From contig NC_086097.1 in NCBI RefSeq assembly GCF_963921235.1, positions 151,158,001 to 151,222,000 of the forward strand: DNA of 64,000 bases. The letters are read 5' to 3'. This document shows, one piece after another, positions 1-12,800 of the stretch. Source of the DNA: Mobula hypostoma. Taxonomy: Eukaryota. How positions within the stretch are numbered: the first letter of the stretch is position 1; each line of letters starts with the position of its first letter. The position numbers were made by a program, and so were the translations under genes. The notes beneath the pieces are model-generated. The model did no database searches, was not told where the DNA came from, and worked only from the letters and a program-made list of their open reading frames with translations.

Positions 1-2910
1 TCTAACATATAAAGAGGCTTTGAGGAAAGAGAAACAGGATAAAGGGTGTAAAGGTAGTAAGGTAGAAGGGCTGAAGTGTGTGTACCTCAATGCAAGAAGC
101 ATCAGGAACAAAGGTGATGAACTGAGAGCTTGGATACATACATGGAATTATGAGGTAGTGGCCATTACAGAGACTTGGCTGGCACCAGGGCAGGAATAGA
201 TTCTCAATATTCCTGGATTTCAGTGCTTTAAAAGGGATAGAGAGGGCGGAAAAAGGGGAGGAGGCGTGGCATTACTGGTCAGGGATACTATTACAGCTAC
301 AGAAAGGGTGGGCAATGTAGCAGGATCCTCTTTTGAGTCAGTATGGGTAGAAGTCAGGAACAGGAAGGGAGCAGTTACTCTATTGGGAGTATTCTACAGG
401 CCCCCTGTTAGCAGCAGAGATACCGAGGAGCAGACTGGGAGGCAGATTTTGGAAAGGTGTAAAAATAACAGGGTTGTTGTCATGGGTGACTTTAACTTCC
501 CTAACATTGATTGGCACCTGATTAGTTCCAAGGGTTTAGATGTGGCAGGGTTTGTTAAGTGTGTCCAGCACAGATTCCTGTCACAGTATGTGGACAGGCC
601 AACTAGGGGGAATGCCATACTAGATCTAGTATTAGGTAACAAACCGGGTCAGGTCACAGATCTCTCAGTGGGTGAGCATCTGGGGGACAGTGACCACCGC
701 TCCCTTGCCTTTAACATTATCATGGAAAAACATAGAATCAGAGCGGACAGGAAAATTTTTAATTGGGGAAGGGCAATTTATGAGGCTATAAGGCTAGAAC
801 TTGCGGGTGTGAGTTGGGATGATGTTTTTGCAGGGAAATGTACTATGGACATGTGGTCAATGTTTAGGGATCTCTTGCAGGATGTAGGGATAAATTTGTC
901 CCAGTAAGGAAGATAAAGAATGGTATGGTGAAGGAACCATGGGTGACAAGTGAGGTGGAAAATCTAGTCAGATGGAAGAAGGCCGCATACATGAGATTAG
1001 GAAGCAAGGATCAGATGGGTCTATTGAGGAATATAGGGTAGCAAGAAAGGAGCTTAAGAAGGGGCTGAGAAGAGCAAGAAGGGGGCATGAGAAGCCCTTG
1101 GCGAGTAGGGTAAAGGAAAACCCCAAGGCATTCTTCAATTATGTGAAGAACAAAAGGTTGACAGGAGTGAAGATAGGACCGATTAGAGATAAAGGTGGGA
1201 AGTTGTGCCTGGAGGCTGTGGAAGTGAGCGAGGCCCTCAAAGAATACTTCGCTTCAGTATTCACCAATAAGAGAGAACTTGATGACGGTGAGGACACTAT
1301 GAGTGAGGTTGATGTTCTGGAGCATGTTGATATTAAGGGGGAAGAAGTGATGGAGTTGTTAAAAAACATTAGGAAAGATAAGTCCCCGAGGTCTGATGGA
1401 ATATTCCCTAGGCTGCTCCATGAGGTGAGAGAAGAGATTGCTGAGCCTCTGGCTAAGATCTTTATGTCCTTGTTGTCCACGGGAATGGTATCAGAGGACT
1501 GGAGGGAGGCCAATGTTGTCCCCTTGTTCAAAAAAGGTAGTAGGGATGGTTAGGGTAATTACAGACCAGTGAGCCTTATGTCTGTAGTGGGAAAGCTGTT
1601 GGAAAAGATTCTCAGAGATAGGATCTATGGGCATTTTGAGAATCATGGTCTGATCAGGGACAGTCAGTATGGTTTTGTGAAGGGCAGATCGTGTCTAACA
1701 AATCTGATAGGGTTCTTTGAGGAGGTGACCAGGCATATAGATGAGGGTAGTGCAGTGGATGTGATCTACATGGATTTTAGTAAGGCATTTGACAAGGTAC
1801 CACATGGTAGGCTTTTTCAGAAAGTCAGAAGGCATGGGATCCCGGGAAGTTTGGCCAGGTGGATTTAGAATTGGCTTGCCTGCAGAAGGCAGAGGGTGGT
1901 GGTGGAGGGAGTACATTCAGATTGGAGGATTGTGACTAGTGGTGTCCCCGGTTCTGGGACCTCTACTTTTCGTGATTTTTATTAACGACCTGGATGTGGG
2001 GGTAGAAGGGTGGGTTGGCAAGTTTGCAGATGACACAAAGGTTGGTGGTGTTGTGGATAGTGTAGAGGATGGTCGAAGATTGCAGTGAGACATTGATAGG
2101 ATGCAGAAGTGGGCTGAGAAGTGGCAGATGGAGTTCAACCCAGAGAAGTGTGAGATGGTACACTTTGGAAGGACAAACTCCAAAGCAGAGTACAAAGTAA
2201 ATGGCAGGATACTTGGTAGTGTGGAGGAGCAGAGGGATCTTGGGGTACATGTCCACAGATCCCTGAAAGTTGTCTCACAGGTAGATAGGGTAGTTAAGAG
2301 AGCTTATGGAGCGTTAGCTTTCATAAGTCGAGGGATAGAGTTTAAGAGTTGCGAGGTAATAATGCAGCTGTATAAAACTCTGGTTTGGCCACACTTGGAG
2401 TACTGTGTCCAGTTCTGGTTGCCTCACTATAGGAAGGATGTGAATGCATTGGAAAGGGTACAGAGGAGATTTACCAGGATGCTGTGTGGTTTAGAGAATA
2501 TGGATTATGATCAGAGATTAAGGGAGCTAGGGCTTTACTCTCTGGAGAGAAGAAGGATGAGAGGAGACATGATCGAGGTATACAAGATATTAAGAGGAAT
2601 AGATAGAGTGGATAGCCAGCACCTCTTTCCCAGGGCACCACTGCTCAATACAAGAGGACATGGCTTTAAGGTAAGGGGTGGGAAGTTCAAGGGGGATATT
2701 AGAGGAAGGTTTTTTACTCAGAGAGTGGCTGGTGCGTGGAATGCACTGCCTGAGTCAGTGGTGGAGGTAGATTCACTGGTGAAATTTAAGGGAGTACTAG
2801 ACAGGTATATGGAGAAATTTAAGGTGGGGAGTTCTATGGGAGGCAGGGTTTGAGGGTCGGCATAACATTGTGGGCCGAAGGGCCTTTACTGTGCTGTATT
2901 GTTCTATGTA
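1..2910 (+). mobile_element. CR1-clade LINE, near-complete ORF2 (APE endonuclease + RT) with several stops/frameshifts and 3' tail
   Basis: From ~70 LKCVYLNARSIRNK. ORFs 266-907 (GVFYRPP, MGDFN, SDH), 972-1553, 1569-1868 (DFSKAFDKVPH) and 2101-2853 (HLEYCVQFW..RGHGFK..FFTQRV). Tail gggccgaagggcc..tgtgctgtattgttctatg at ~2871-2909. Confidence 0.97.
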
Positions 2911-3636
2911 GGCCTGTATATTGTCTCCATATCAACAGTCATGTAAAGACATCAATGAACAATTTGTCAGTGTTATTGTGCATGCGACCTCACCAGTACA
3001 TTATTGCCAATTGAGTTCACAGCCCAAGGAACGTGCAGACAAACAGGGGTAGGCTGTGAGATGGGAAGAAGTGTCATAAATTCAGTCAGGAAAGCAGCAC
3101 TTTGTTGATTAAGTATGAGAATGTGGGGTGAGAGTTACAATCAACTACAGGCGATGAGGTTAGGGTTATGTCATTACTAAGACGGTTTGTGGTGCTGTAG
3201 GTTTAACAAGACCTGGATATAGCAGGGAGACCGATGGTAGCTTTAAGTACTAGAAAACTTACTGGAAAATTTTAAATGGTCCTGCCAGTAGGAAGATCTA
3301 CTGTGACAAGCAAGAGAAAACCTGCAGATGCTGGAAGCTGAACTAAGTGTTATCTACATTGTGCAGAGCTGCTTCTGCAGAGTGAGCCACAACACTGGAG
3401 TTGTTAGACAACTTCACTAGATACACATTATGACTCAGGTCTTGTTTACTTTCTAGCTAAGTGCACTAAAATCCAGAATTCATGATTCTTATATGCAGCT
3501 GCAAGAAAACGTTTGTGAAACCTTTGAAATTACCTGGTTTTCCACATTAATTACTCATAAAATATGATCTGATCTTCATCTAAGTCACAATAATAGACAG
3601 ACACAATCTGCCTAAACTAATTACACACAAACAAAA

Positions 3637-3728
3637 ACAAGAGAATACCTGCAGATGCTAGAAATCCAAGCAACACACACAAAATGTTGAAGGAACTCAG
3701 CACACCAGAGAGCATCTGTGGAAAAGAT
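3637..3728 (-). mobile_element. Penelope-like terminal-repeat fragment inserted in the left Tc1 TIR
   Basis: acaagagaatacctgcagatgctagaaatccaagcaacacacacaaaatg matches the reverse complement of the PLE terminus at 51240-51296; the TIR resumes after it. Confidence 0.8.
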
Positions 3729-5101
3729 ATATTGCACTTTTCATGTCCCTATTGAACATATTGGTTAATCACTCACAGTTCAGGCTGGAAGAAGAATGTG
3801 AACCGTTATATTTAATAATTGGTAGAACCTCCTCAGCAGCAATAACCTCCACCAAATGTTTCCTGAGCTGCTGATCAGACCATTCCTCCATACAAGACTG
3901 TTTTAGTTCATCTTTATTTCTGGGATACCTTGCATGCACAACCCTCTCCAGATCATGCCACAACATCTCAATTGGTTTAAGGTCTGGATTCTGATATGGC
4001 CATTTCAAAACATGAATTTTCTTCTTTTTAAACCATTCTGTTGTTGATTTACTCTTCTGTTTCTGATCATTATCTTGTTGCATCATTCAACTTCTATTAA
4101 GCTTCAGGTGATGGACCACTACCCTGACATTTTCCTGGAAAATGTCCTGATGCAATTTTGAATTCATTGTTATGTCAATGATTGCAAACTGTCCAGGCCC
4201 TGGGGCAACAAAGCAGTGCTAAACCATGATGTTCCTTCCACCATGCCTCAGAGTTGGGTTGAGGTTTTGGTGTTGGTGTGCAGTGCCCTTTTACCTCCAA
4301 ACAAAGCAGTGTGCATTTCTGCCAAAAAGTTCAACTTTGGTCTCATATGTCCACAGAACATTGTCCCAAAAGCATTGTGGAGCATCTAGATGGTGTTTTG
4401 AAAACTTGAGATGTGCAGCATGTAATGTTTTTTTTATGGTGAGCAGTGGTTTCCTCCATGGTGTCCTTCCATGAACATCATTCTTGTTCAGTGTTTTTCT
4501 TGTAGTGGACATGAACAGAGACTTTAGCAAGTTCTAGAGATTTCTACAAGTCTTTTGCTATGACTCTTGGGTTTTCTTTCACCTCCTTCAGCATTGCACA
4601 TTGTGCTGTTGGTGTGATCTTTGCAGGATGCCCACTCCTCGGGAGAATAGCAACAGAACTGAATTTTCTCCATTTATGGACAGCTTCTCTTACTGTGAAC
4701 TAATGAACACCCAGCTCTTTAGAAATACTTTTGAAAACCTTTTCCACCTACGTTCATCTCTACATTTCTTCTGAGGTCCTCTGAAAGCTATTTTGATCGA
4801 GGCATAGTGCACATAAACAGATCTTTCTTGAGAAGAGCAGGTTCTGTCAGTAATCTGACTTTGTGTGTCTTTTTTATGGGGCAGGACGCCTCTACAACCC
4901 ACACCTCCAATCTCAACTCATTGATTCGAGCACCTGATTCCAAATAGCTTTTGTAGAAGGCATTAGCCTAGAAGTTCACATACTTCTTTGAACCTAGACT
5001 GTGATTGTTTAAATGGTGTACTCAATACAGTATTGAAAAGAAGTACAATTGACTGTGTTTTATTAGTTTAAGCAGATGGTGTTTGTCTATTATTGTGACT
5101 T

Positions 5102-5929
5102 AGAAACATAGAAGGATTGAAATATAGAAAACCTACAGCACAAAACAGGCCCTTTGGCCCACAAAACTGTGCTGAACATTCCTTACCTTAGAAATTACCT
5201 AGGGTTACCCATAGCTCTCTATTTTTCTAAGCTCCATGTACCTATCCAGGAGTCTCTTAAAAGACCCTATCGTATCCACCTCCACCACCGTCACCAGCAG
5301 CCCATTCCACGTACTCACCACTCTCTGCGTAAAAAACTTACCCCTGACATCTCCTCTGTACCTGCTTCCAAGCACCTTAAAACTGTGCCCTCTCATGCTA
5401 GCCATTTCAGCCCTGGGAAAAAGCCTCTGACTATCCACACGATCAATGCCTCTCATCATGTTATACACCTCTATCAGGTCACCTCTCATCCTCTGTCGCT
5501 CCAAGGAGAAAAGGCCGAATTCACTCAACCTATTCTAATAATAGGCATGTATCCCAATGCAAGCAACATCCTTGTAACTCTCCTCTGCACCCTTTCTATG
5601 GTTTCCACATCCTTCCTGTAGTGAGGTGACTAGAACTGAGCACAGTACTCGAAGTGGGGTCTGACCAGGGTCCTATATAGCTGCAACATTACCTCTCGGC
5701 TCCTAAACTCCATCCCACAATTGATGAAGATCAATGAACCGTACGCCTTCTTAACCACAGAGTCAACCTACGCAGCTGCTTTGCGTATCCTATGGACTTG
5801 GACCCCAAGATCCCTTTGATCCTCCACACTACCAAGAGTCTTACCATTAATACTATATTCTGCCATCATATTTGACCTACCAAAATGAACCACCTCACAA
5901 TTATCTGGGTTGAACTCCATCTGCCACTC
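5102..5929 (-). mobile_element. 5'-truncated CR1 3' fragment inserted in the right Tc1 TIR
   Basis: ORF 5205-5528 FSLERQRMRGDLIEVY..RGHSFK..LLDRYMELRKIE. Tail (ttctatg-type) at 5102-5130. TIR sequence gtgacttag|atgatgattaga is split by it. Confidence 0.95.
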
Positions 5930-6039
5930 AGATGATGATTAGACAACATTTTTAAAGTAATTAAAGCAGAAAAGCAGGCATTTGCAAAGGGTTTATAAAC
6001 TTTTTCTTGCAACATATATATACATAAAAATATACTTTT

Positions 6040-6290
6040 CAACATTTCCCCTATAGCCTATTCTCTCTCACTTTGCTATCAATATCAACTACCTCCTTGT
6101 TCTTCTATCACTTACCTGTACTAAGAGATCAGTTGCAGCAGCCAATTAACCTATCAGCATGTTTTGAGATGTGAGGGAACACTGGAATACCTGGAGAATG
6201 TGCAAACTTCACACAGACAGCACCAAAGGGCTGAATCAAATCTAGGTCACTGAAGCTGTGAGGCATGAAGTGTCACTATGCTGCACCCCT
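6040..6290 (-). mobile_element. Old V-SINE/HE1-like tRNA-derived SINE
   Basis: ccaattaacctatcagcatgttttgagatgtgagggaacactggaatacctggag..aaacttcacacagacagcacc is the reverse of the V-domain also seen at 11590-11640 and 31000-31070. Confidence 0.7.
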
Positions 6291-7420
6291 TCCTCATTGC
6301 ACATGGTAATTGCGGATACCAAAGGGGCTGACAGAACGGAGCACTATTTCAACCGTCTGCCTTCCAATTCATTATTACAGAGCGCTGGATGCTGGAAGTA
6401 GCAGTAGCACCAGATATTTTACCTTATATGTCCTATTTATCCAGATGAACAAATCACATACAGTACACTCTAACATTAGTAGGCTAACACCTCCCCCCCC
6501 GCCCGCAAAAATGTGTCACTGAGAATGATTCCTGCAAGTGAGTCAGAAGTAAGCACTATTTGCATTTGCTCTAATGGCAGATGCAAGGTGGAAGCGTCCC
6601 CTGGGAGATATCAGATCATTTTCTTGTACAAGTTATACAACATAGCATGGTAAGTGCATGAGGAATTTTAAACAAGATCCTTTTCCTAAGTATAGTTTGC
6701 AATTTATTCTACTTGGTTATAGAAACCACCTTCTTTTCTTACCATTAGGATAGCTAAGGAATGACAATTGTTCATCTCAATTTCTGAAATCCTCAATATT
6801 CTAGATCAGAGAGAGGATATTAATGGAATGATTGAATTTAGTAATTTATTTACCTGAGGACTGCTTTATAGCCTAACTCAAATGCAAACTTATGCAACAA
6901 CACTGAACAGCTCACTGAATCTGATGCAAAACAGGGTAAGATAAAGTTGTCCTCTTGCCCTGAAAATCCATATCCATGCCTACTGCTTAAAACACAAGGT
7001 ATCGACAGTGAAATGTTGTACTCTGCCTCCAAAATTCATTGCATTTTGCAACAGGAAAATGACAGGAGATTTGTCAATATAAAACATTTATAATCTAATC
7101 ATAACTCAAACTACACCAGAAAGTAGGACACATGAAAACATTAAAATGCAAAAAAGAAAAAAAAATAGGCATTTCTCACAAGGTTTGAAGTGAAATGAAT
7201 TTATGGAAAGTTGAGTGCCCTCTTTCACAGGCTTGTGATGTCTTGCTAAGTTTTCTTCTATGAATTCTGGGAAATCTTTTGTGCTCATGTACTTAAAAGG
7301 AAGCTCTGCCCCTTCATGTTATCGTTCGAGGCCAACTAGGGTCTTTCAGCAGAAACAAAAAGGTGCAGAACTCTATTCAGCCCATTATAGTTTTGCCAAC
7401 TTTTTGAATGGTGACCAGAC

Positions 7421-7661
7421 TGTTGTGTAATTAATATTTCAGTAATATTTGAGTAATATTGTAAAAATATTGTTTGATTAATCATTCTTTGTTGTTTACA
7501 TAATTCATTATGGATTATATGCAGAAGTACATGAATGGCATGTCATTATGCCATCACATTACATGTGAGTGCCCTACTAAAGTGAAAACAAAATGTACAT
7601 ACGATATCTCCAGGCTCCAGTGTTTACCTTTCAATTAGTTTTGGAGTTATAAAACTTAACA
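7421..7661 (+). repeat. 5' LTR of Gypsy copy 1
   Basis: tgttgtgtaattaatatttcagtaatatttgag...ataaaacttaaca, TG..CA ends, direct repeat of 9598-9848. Confidence 0.92.
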
Positions 7662-8020
7662 GTGGTGACAAGTAAGGTTTAAAACGAATCCAAGGTGACT
7701 ATCTAGCTGTTGAATCACAGCACTTTTTTTTTCTTTGCAAGGGGGTGAGAGAGGGACGTTTGAATTTAAAAAAAAAGCAGCACTTTTTTAAAATTTGGAA
7801 GTGCAATGAGACATTCAAGTTTAAGAAAAGGCAGAAAATGGATGAAATTTATGGTTCATAAACAGTGAGTACAAGGTAATAATAATAATAATAATGTAAA
7901 AAAAGCAGAAATAGCTGGCCTTATCAATCAAACACACGTTTGATTGCACAACAGATAACTTGATATTGTATACTGAACAAACTGAGCAGTATTTTGAGGC
8001 AAATGAAATAGCCAATGCAG

Positions 8021-8383
8021 GTGTTGAAAGGACTGGATGGGGTAGATGTGGAGACATTGGTTTCTATGGTGGAGATATCCAGAACTAGAGGGCATAGCCT
8101 CAAAATTGAGGGGTGGCCTTTTAGAACTGAGGGAATTTCTTAGCCAGAGAGTAGTAAATCTGTGGAATGCTCTGTCACCAACTGCAGTGGAGGCCAAGTC
8201 TGTGGGTATATTTAAGGCAGAAGTTGATAATTTCCTGATTGGTCCGAGCATCAAAAGACATGGTGAGAAGGAAGGTGTATGGGGTTGAGTGGAATCTGGG
8301 GTCAGCCAAAATGGAATGATGGAGCAGACCGGGTGGGCTGAATGGCCTAATTCTGCTCCTATGTCTTATGGTCTTATGGTCTA
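8021..8383 (+). mobile_element. CR1 3' fragment inserted in Gypsy gag
   Basis: EFLSQRVVNLWNAL..IFKAEVD; tail tcctatgtcttatggtcttatggt. Confidence 0.92.
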
Positions 8384-9441
8384 AAGCACGTGCCAGTGCT
8401 ACTGAATGTAATAGGTGGGAAAATATGCAGTTTGCTTAGAAGTTTAAACCTCCAAAAAAAAACAACTAAAAGGAATTTTGCTGATATTATGAAAGTAATG
8501 TAGGAACATTTAGAACCAAAATCATTGTTGATTGCAGAACACTTTAAGTTTCAGAAGTGGAGTAAAAAGGAAGGGGAGTTCATTTCAACATGCATGGCTG
8601 AATTGAAGAAAATGTCCAAGCATTGTTAATTCAGTGATGGGGTTAATGATGCACAGGGAGATTGTTTAGTTTGTAGAAACTTACAAGAAAGTATTCAAAA
8701 ACATCTCCTAACAGAAGCACAACTCACATTAATAAGAGCAATTGAAATTGCTGTATCAATGGAAAGAGCAAACAGAGCCACAATTGATTTGCAATCAGGA
8801 ATAAAAGTAAGCATCAACATAACTGCAATATCTAAATAGAAATCTGCCTGCCCCACCAAATTATGACAGGGGCTCACATACACCAGACCAATGCAGGTTT
8901 AAAGGTGAAATTTGCAGAAAATGCAACGAAGTAGGACATACAAAGAGCATGTCAGGCAGACAAAAATACATAGTCTGCACAAGGTAGAGAAAAAGATTTT
9001 TTTAAATATGCAGTTTCAAAAAGAGCACTAGTCCACATGCTGTTGATGAAAGATCTTATAATGATGAGAGTGACACAGGACTAGGTAGTTTTGAGATTTA
9101 TAATATGAAAACTAGCAATAGATAGGATAAAGAGTATCTTTGCAAAACTTTCCAGAGTGGGCTTAGCTGAGGTCTACCTAGAGACGGAGATGAAAGAAGA
9201 ATCCAAAGTATCTCTCACCATAAACACTTACAAAGAGCTTTATTGCTACAATAGGCTTATTTTTGGAGTAGCATCTGCTCCTGCACTCTGGCAGAAAGCC
9301 ATGGACCAGCTGTTGAAAGGCTAGCCAGGCACTTATTGTTACCTGGATAACATCATTGTTTCCAGTCAGGATGACAAAGAACATCTCCAAATCTGGCTAC
9401 AGACTCAAGGTCTCTTCCTCAATCTGTGAGTAATTTTTCTC

Positions 9442-9442
<1 letters not shown>

Positions 9443-9500
<58 letters not shown>
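9443..9500. repeat. (CA)n followed by (TA)n microsatellite
   Basis: Read directly from the sequence. Confidence 0.99.
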
Positions 9501-9597
9501 TTACACACAGTATAACATGACTAGAGAACAATACATTACCTATTTGAGTTGAGATCCATTCCATATTGAGTTGGATTTTATTGCTAGGTGGGGGGAC

Positions 9598-9848
9598 TAT
9601 TGTGTATTTAATATTTCAGTAATATTTGAGCAATATTGTAAATATATTGTTTGATTACACATTCTTTGTTGTTTACATAATTTATTATGGGTTATATGTA
9701 ACAGTATGTGAATGGCATATGTCATTATGCCACCACATCATATGCCAGCACATCACCATCACTAAAATAAAAAAAATGAAATATCACACGTTATCTCCAG
9801 GTTCCCATGTTTTTCTTTTGATTAGTTTTGGTGTTGCAAAACATAAAA
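9598..9848 (+). repeat. 3' LTR of Gypsy copy 1
   Basis: tattgtgtatttaatatttcagtaatatttgag...gttgcaaaacataaaa, preceded by the PPT. Confidence 0.92.
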
Positions 9849-11149
9849 CAGATAGTTGGTTTCTCTTATCCTAGAGACCCTATTTTATTTCCTTTTCAAA
9901 TACAAAGCAAATTCCCGATTGAAAGTTATGATTGAATCTTCTGCTGCCAACCACACACTACGTGTATTATAAATCATAACAATATATTGGTTACTTTGGG
10001 GATTATCTCATAATTTTGAAAATATCTTTTAAATTTCTCTATAATCTTTTGTGCACTGAGGAAACAACTTCACGTTTTCCAGTGTTGTGCATAATTGTAG
10101 TCACTCATCCCTTGTATCGTCTTAGTTAATTTTAGTTACACTGGAAGGTGTTGTAATTTCTGACCTTACTGCAACAGTATTTGAAGGACTACAGCTAGAA
10201 GGTCAAATGATACATGCCGTTCATTTTGTTAATTTTCTATTTGTCCTGGAGGGTTTTTTTGGGCAGGTAAATTGAATCACACTTGGAATAGCAAGGGGTG
10301 ATTTCGACTACACGTTGGCAACTCATGTCAAAATTCTAGCTGGCTGAACAAACTGTTAATCTACACTCATGCCTGCAGCCAAATTATTGTTCCTGTTAAC
10401 AATGCCTTTTTCTGATAGAGTGTAGTTGAGATATTACTCACTGGAGTCAGTACTGAAAAAACTTAATACCCTGTCTGGCTTCTAAAGAAATATGATCCCA
10501 TCAGGTTAAGAAGTGCATCTAATTCATATGTCAGGACGTACAGCTACAAGGGAACAGGCAGCAATTAAAGATGCATCCTCTCCTTTTCTTTCCTTGCTGT
10601 CTGCTTCTTCATCATCAGCTTGCAGGTAAATGACATTGCCAGCTTGCAATTGGATCAAGCTACATCTGTGCTGTGAGCAGCATTTCATGAGGAAAAATCA
10701 ATATCTCTGTCACTGCTAAGTGATTGTGTCTAGCTGAAGTGAGTTGTAGGGGCTCCACACAGTGGATCAGTTACTTGTGGTTACCATTGGCACCTGGGCC
10801 AAAAAGGTTCAGTGCTCTTTTCTCTTTTCCCTGTTACCAAAGGGCATTTATCATTGCTGTTGGCTTGTTGTGTGTCTTGAAAGGCTCTTGATGTTATTAA
10901 GTGCAGGAAGTTCATCACAGGCAGTGGCACAAAATGGGATCTCTATCAGCTCGGTCACCCATTTAGCACAGCAACTAATATTTAATCCCACTGACTGAAG
11001 GGGAATTGAAAATGACGTACTGCCTATAGCAAAGAGGCCTTTCCAATGTTCCTGTTACACACTACTGCTTGAGATGGATTTCTGTCCTAGTTTTTAAAGG
11101 CTCTTTGCTTTGCCTCCAATGTGCAAGATATTTTAGCCCATTTTGGTGG

Positions 11150-11945
11150 TGATGTTGGAGGATCTGTCCTGGGCCCAGCACACTGATGCAATCACAAAGA
11201 AGGCATGGCAGATGCTTTACTTTGTTAGGAGTTTGAGGAGATTCGTTATGTCACCAAAAGCTCTTGCAAGTTTCTAGAGATGTACATGGAGTGCATTTTT
11301 ATTGGTTGCATCAACACCTGGTATGGGGGCTCCAATGGATAGGACTGCAAGAGGCTGCAGTGGGCTGCAGGCACTAAGCTCCTTATCATCCAGGACATTA
11401 TCAAGAGGTGGTCACTCAAGAAGGTAGCATCTATTACCAAAAATCCTCACTGTCTAGGGCTTGTCTTCTTCCCATTGCCACCATCAGGGAGGAGGTACAG
11501 CAACCTGAAGACCCACACTCAATAATTCAGAAACACCTTCTACCCCTCTGCCGTCAGATTTCTGAATGGTCCATGAAACCTGCAACTGGATGGATTTCCT
11601 CTCGGTGTTCCGGTTCCCTCCCACGTTCCAAAGATGTATGGGTGAGCAAGGTTTCGTAAGATGTGGGCATGTTATGTTGGTGCTGGAAGCATGGCGACAC
11701 CTGCGGACTGTCCTCAGCACTGTATCGGCCATTAATGCAAATGATATGCTTCACTGTATTTCGACGTACATGTGACAAATAAACTTAATCTAATCCTTGG
11801 ACACTACTTCATCATTCTTTCTTTTTTGCACAGATTATTTTGAAATTTATTGTAAATTTATATCTTTGCACTGTCCTGCTGTCATAAAACAACAAATTTC
11901 ACATCAACTAAGACGGTGATAATAAACCTGATTCTGATTCATATT
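11150..11945 (+). mobile_element. Rex1/Babar-type LINE 3' fragment, interrupted by a SINE
   Basis: EDLSWAQHTDAITKKAWQMLYFVRSLRRF; tail aataaacctgattctgattc. Confidence 0.85.
11577..11795 (+). mobile_element. 5'-truncated V-SINE with Rex/L2-like tail
   Basis: V-domain ggtgttccggttccctcccacgttccaaagatg; ends ttcactgtatttcgacgtacatgtgacaaataaacttaatctaatc. Confidence 0.75.
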
Positions 11946-12254
11946 CTGAGATTAGGGCCGTGAATCTAAATAAAGGAAACAACAATGGTATGAAGCAAGA
12001 AGCAAGACTTCGTTAAATAAACTGTGGAACATTGTTTGTGTGGATCAGAAATAATAAGCATTCAATACTGATATTGATTTTGGTTTTATTATCGTCACTT
12101 GTACAGAACTACAGTGAATAGCTTTTATCTGTGTGCCATCAAGTTGTACCATGCCATGCGTTAGTACATCAAGGCAATAGAGTGCAAAATAGAGTGTCAT
12201 AGCTCCAGAGAATGTGCAGTGCAGGTAAAAATCTAAGGGACTCATGGATGAACA

Positions 12255-12800
12255 GGCATTGGGCACAAAAAGAACACAGAAAGGGTACTTCAACCATGAT
12301 TAACAAGGGTAATTAGAGATAGTATTAGGTCTGAGGAGAAGCCATATAAATTAGCCTAAAAGAGCCCCAAACCTGAGGAAAGAAAACAGTTTACAACTCA
12401 GCAAAGGAAGACCATATAGGATTAAATAAGGGTAGAAAAACAGTATGAGATTAAGCTTGCAGGGAACTGACTGTAAAATCTTCTACAGATACATTGAGAA
12501 AAAGTCTAATGAAAAGAAATATAGACCTCATTTAGAAATAGGTAAAATTATAAAAAAAAAGTAGATTAAATTAATAAACAGTTTGCTTCCATATTCACAA
12601 AGGATTCAAGTAATCTGTCCAAGATGCAAGGAAACCCAATGTCTAGCGAGAAGCAGGAACTGAATAAAATCTGAATTATTGGTAGAAATATTATATTGGG
12701 AAGTGATGGGATTGAATCCAAATGGCCAATAATCTGCATCTCAGACTAGATATGGAAGTAATTCCAGAAATAATAGATACATTGGTGATCATTATCTTTG
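12255..12800 (+). mobile_element. Highly decayed CR1 ORF2 middle fragment
   Basis: cagtatgagattaagcttgcagggaac..gactgtaaaatcttctacagatac (YExKLAGN..DCKSFYRY), homologous to 61106-61300. Confidence 0.7.

Larger units (their letters stand above)
3496..6014 (-). mobile_element. Decayed Tc1-family DNA transposon with long IR/DR-type inverted repeats
   Basis: Minus ORF fragments WPYQNPDLKPIEMLW (Tc1 WPSQSPDLNPIE motif) and WDNVLWTYETKVELFG. TIRs of ~210 bp: left cagctgcaagaaaacgtttgtgaaacc (3496-~3803); right ~4972-5101 plus 5930-6014, ending gggtttataaactttttcttgcaac. Confidence 0.93.
7421..9848 (+). mobile_element. Internally deleted Gypsy LTR retrotransposon (copy 1; two-CCHC gag, probably Mag-like)
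   Basis: LTRs 7421-7661 and 9598-9848. PBS tggtgacaag at 7663, PPT aggtggggggac at ~9586-9597. Decayed gag ~7910-9120 homologous to the ORF at 49503-50312. RT fragment 9125-9393 (LTINTYKELYCYNRLIFGVASAPALWQKAMD..YLDN). Flanks cagac / cagat. Confidence 0.93.

Noticed and set aside
6855..6960. Possible minus-strand exon (ttttcag .. cag/gtaaat) with one open frame
   Set aside because: The translation GQEDNFILPCFASDS.. is unrecognised and such splice-like pairs occur by chance.
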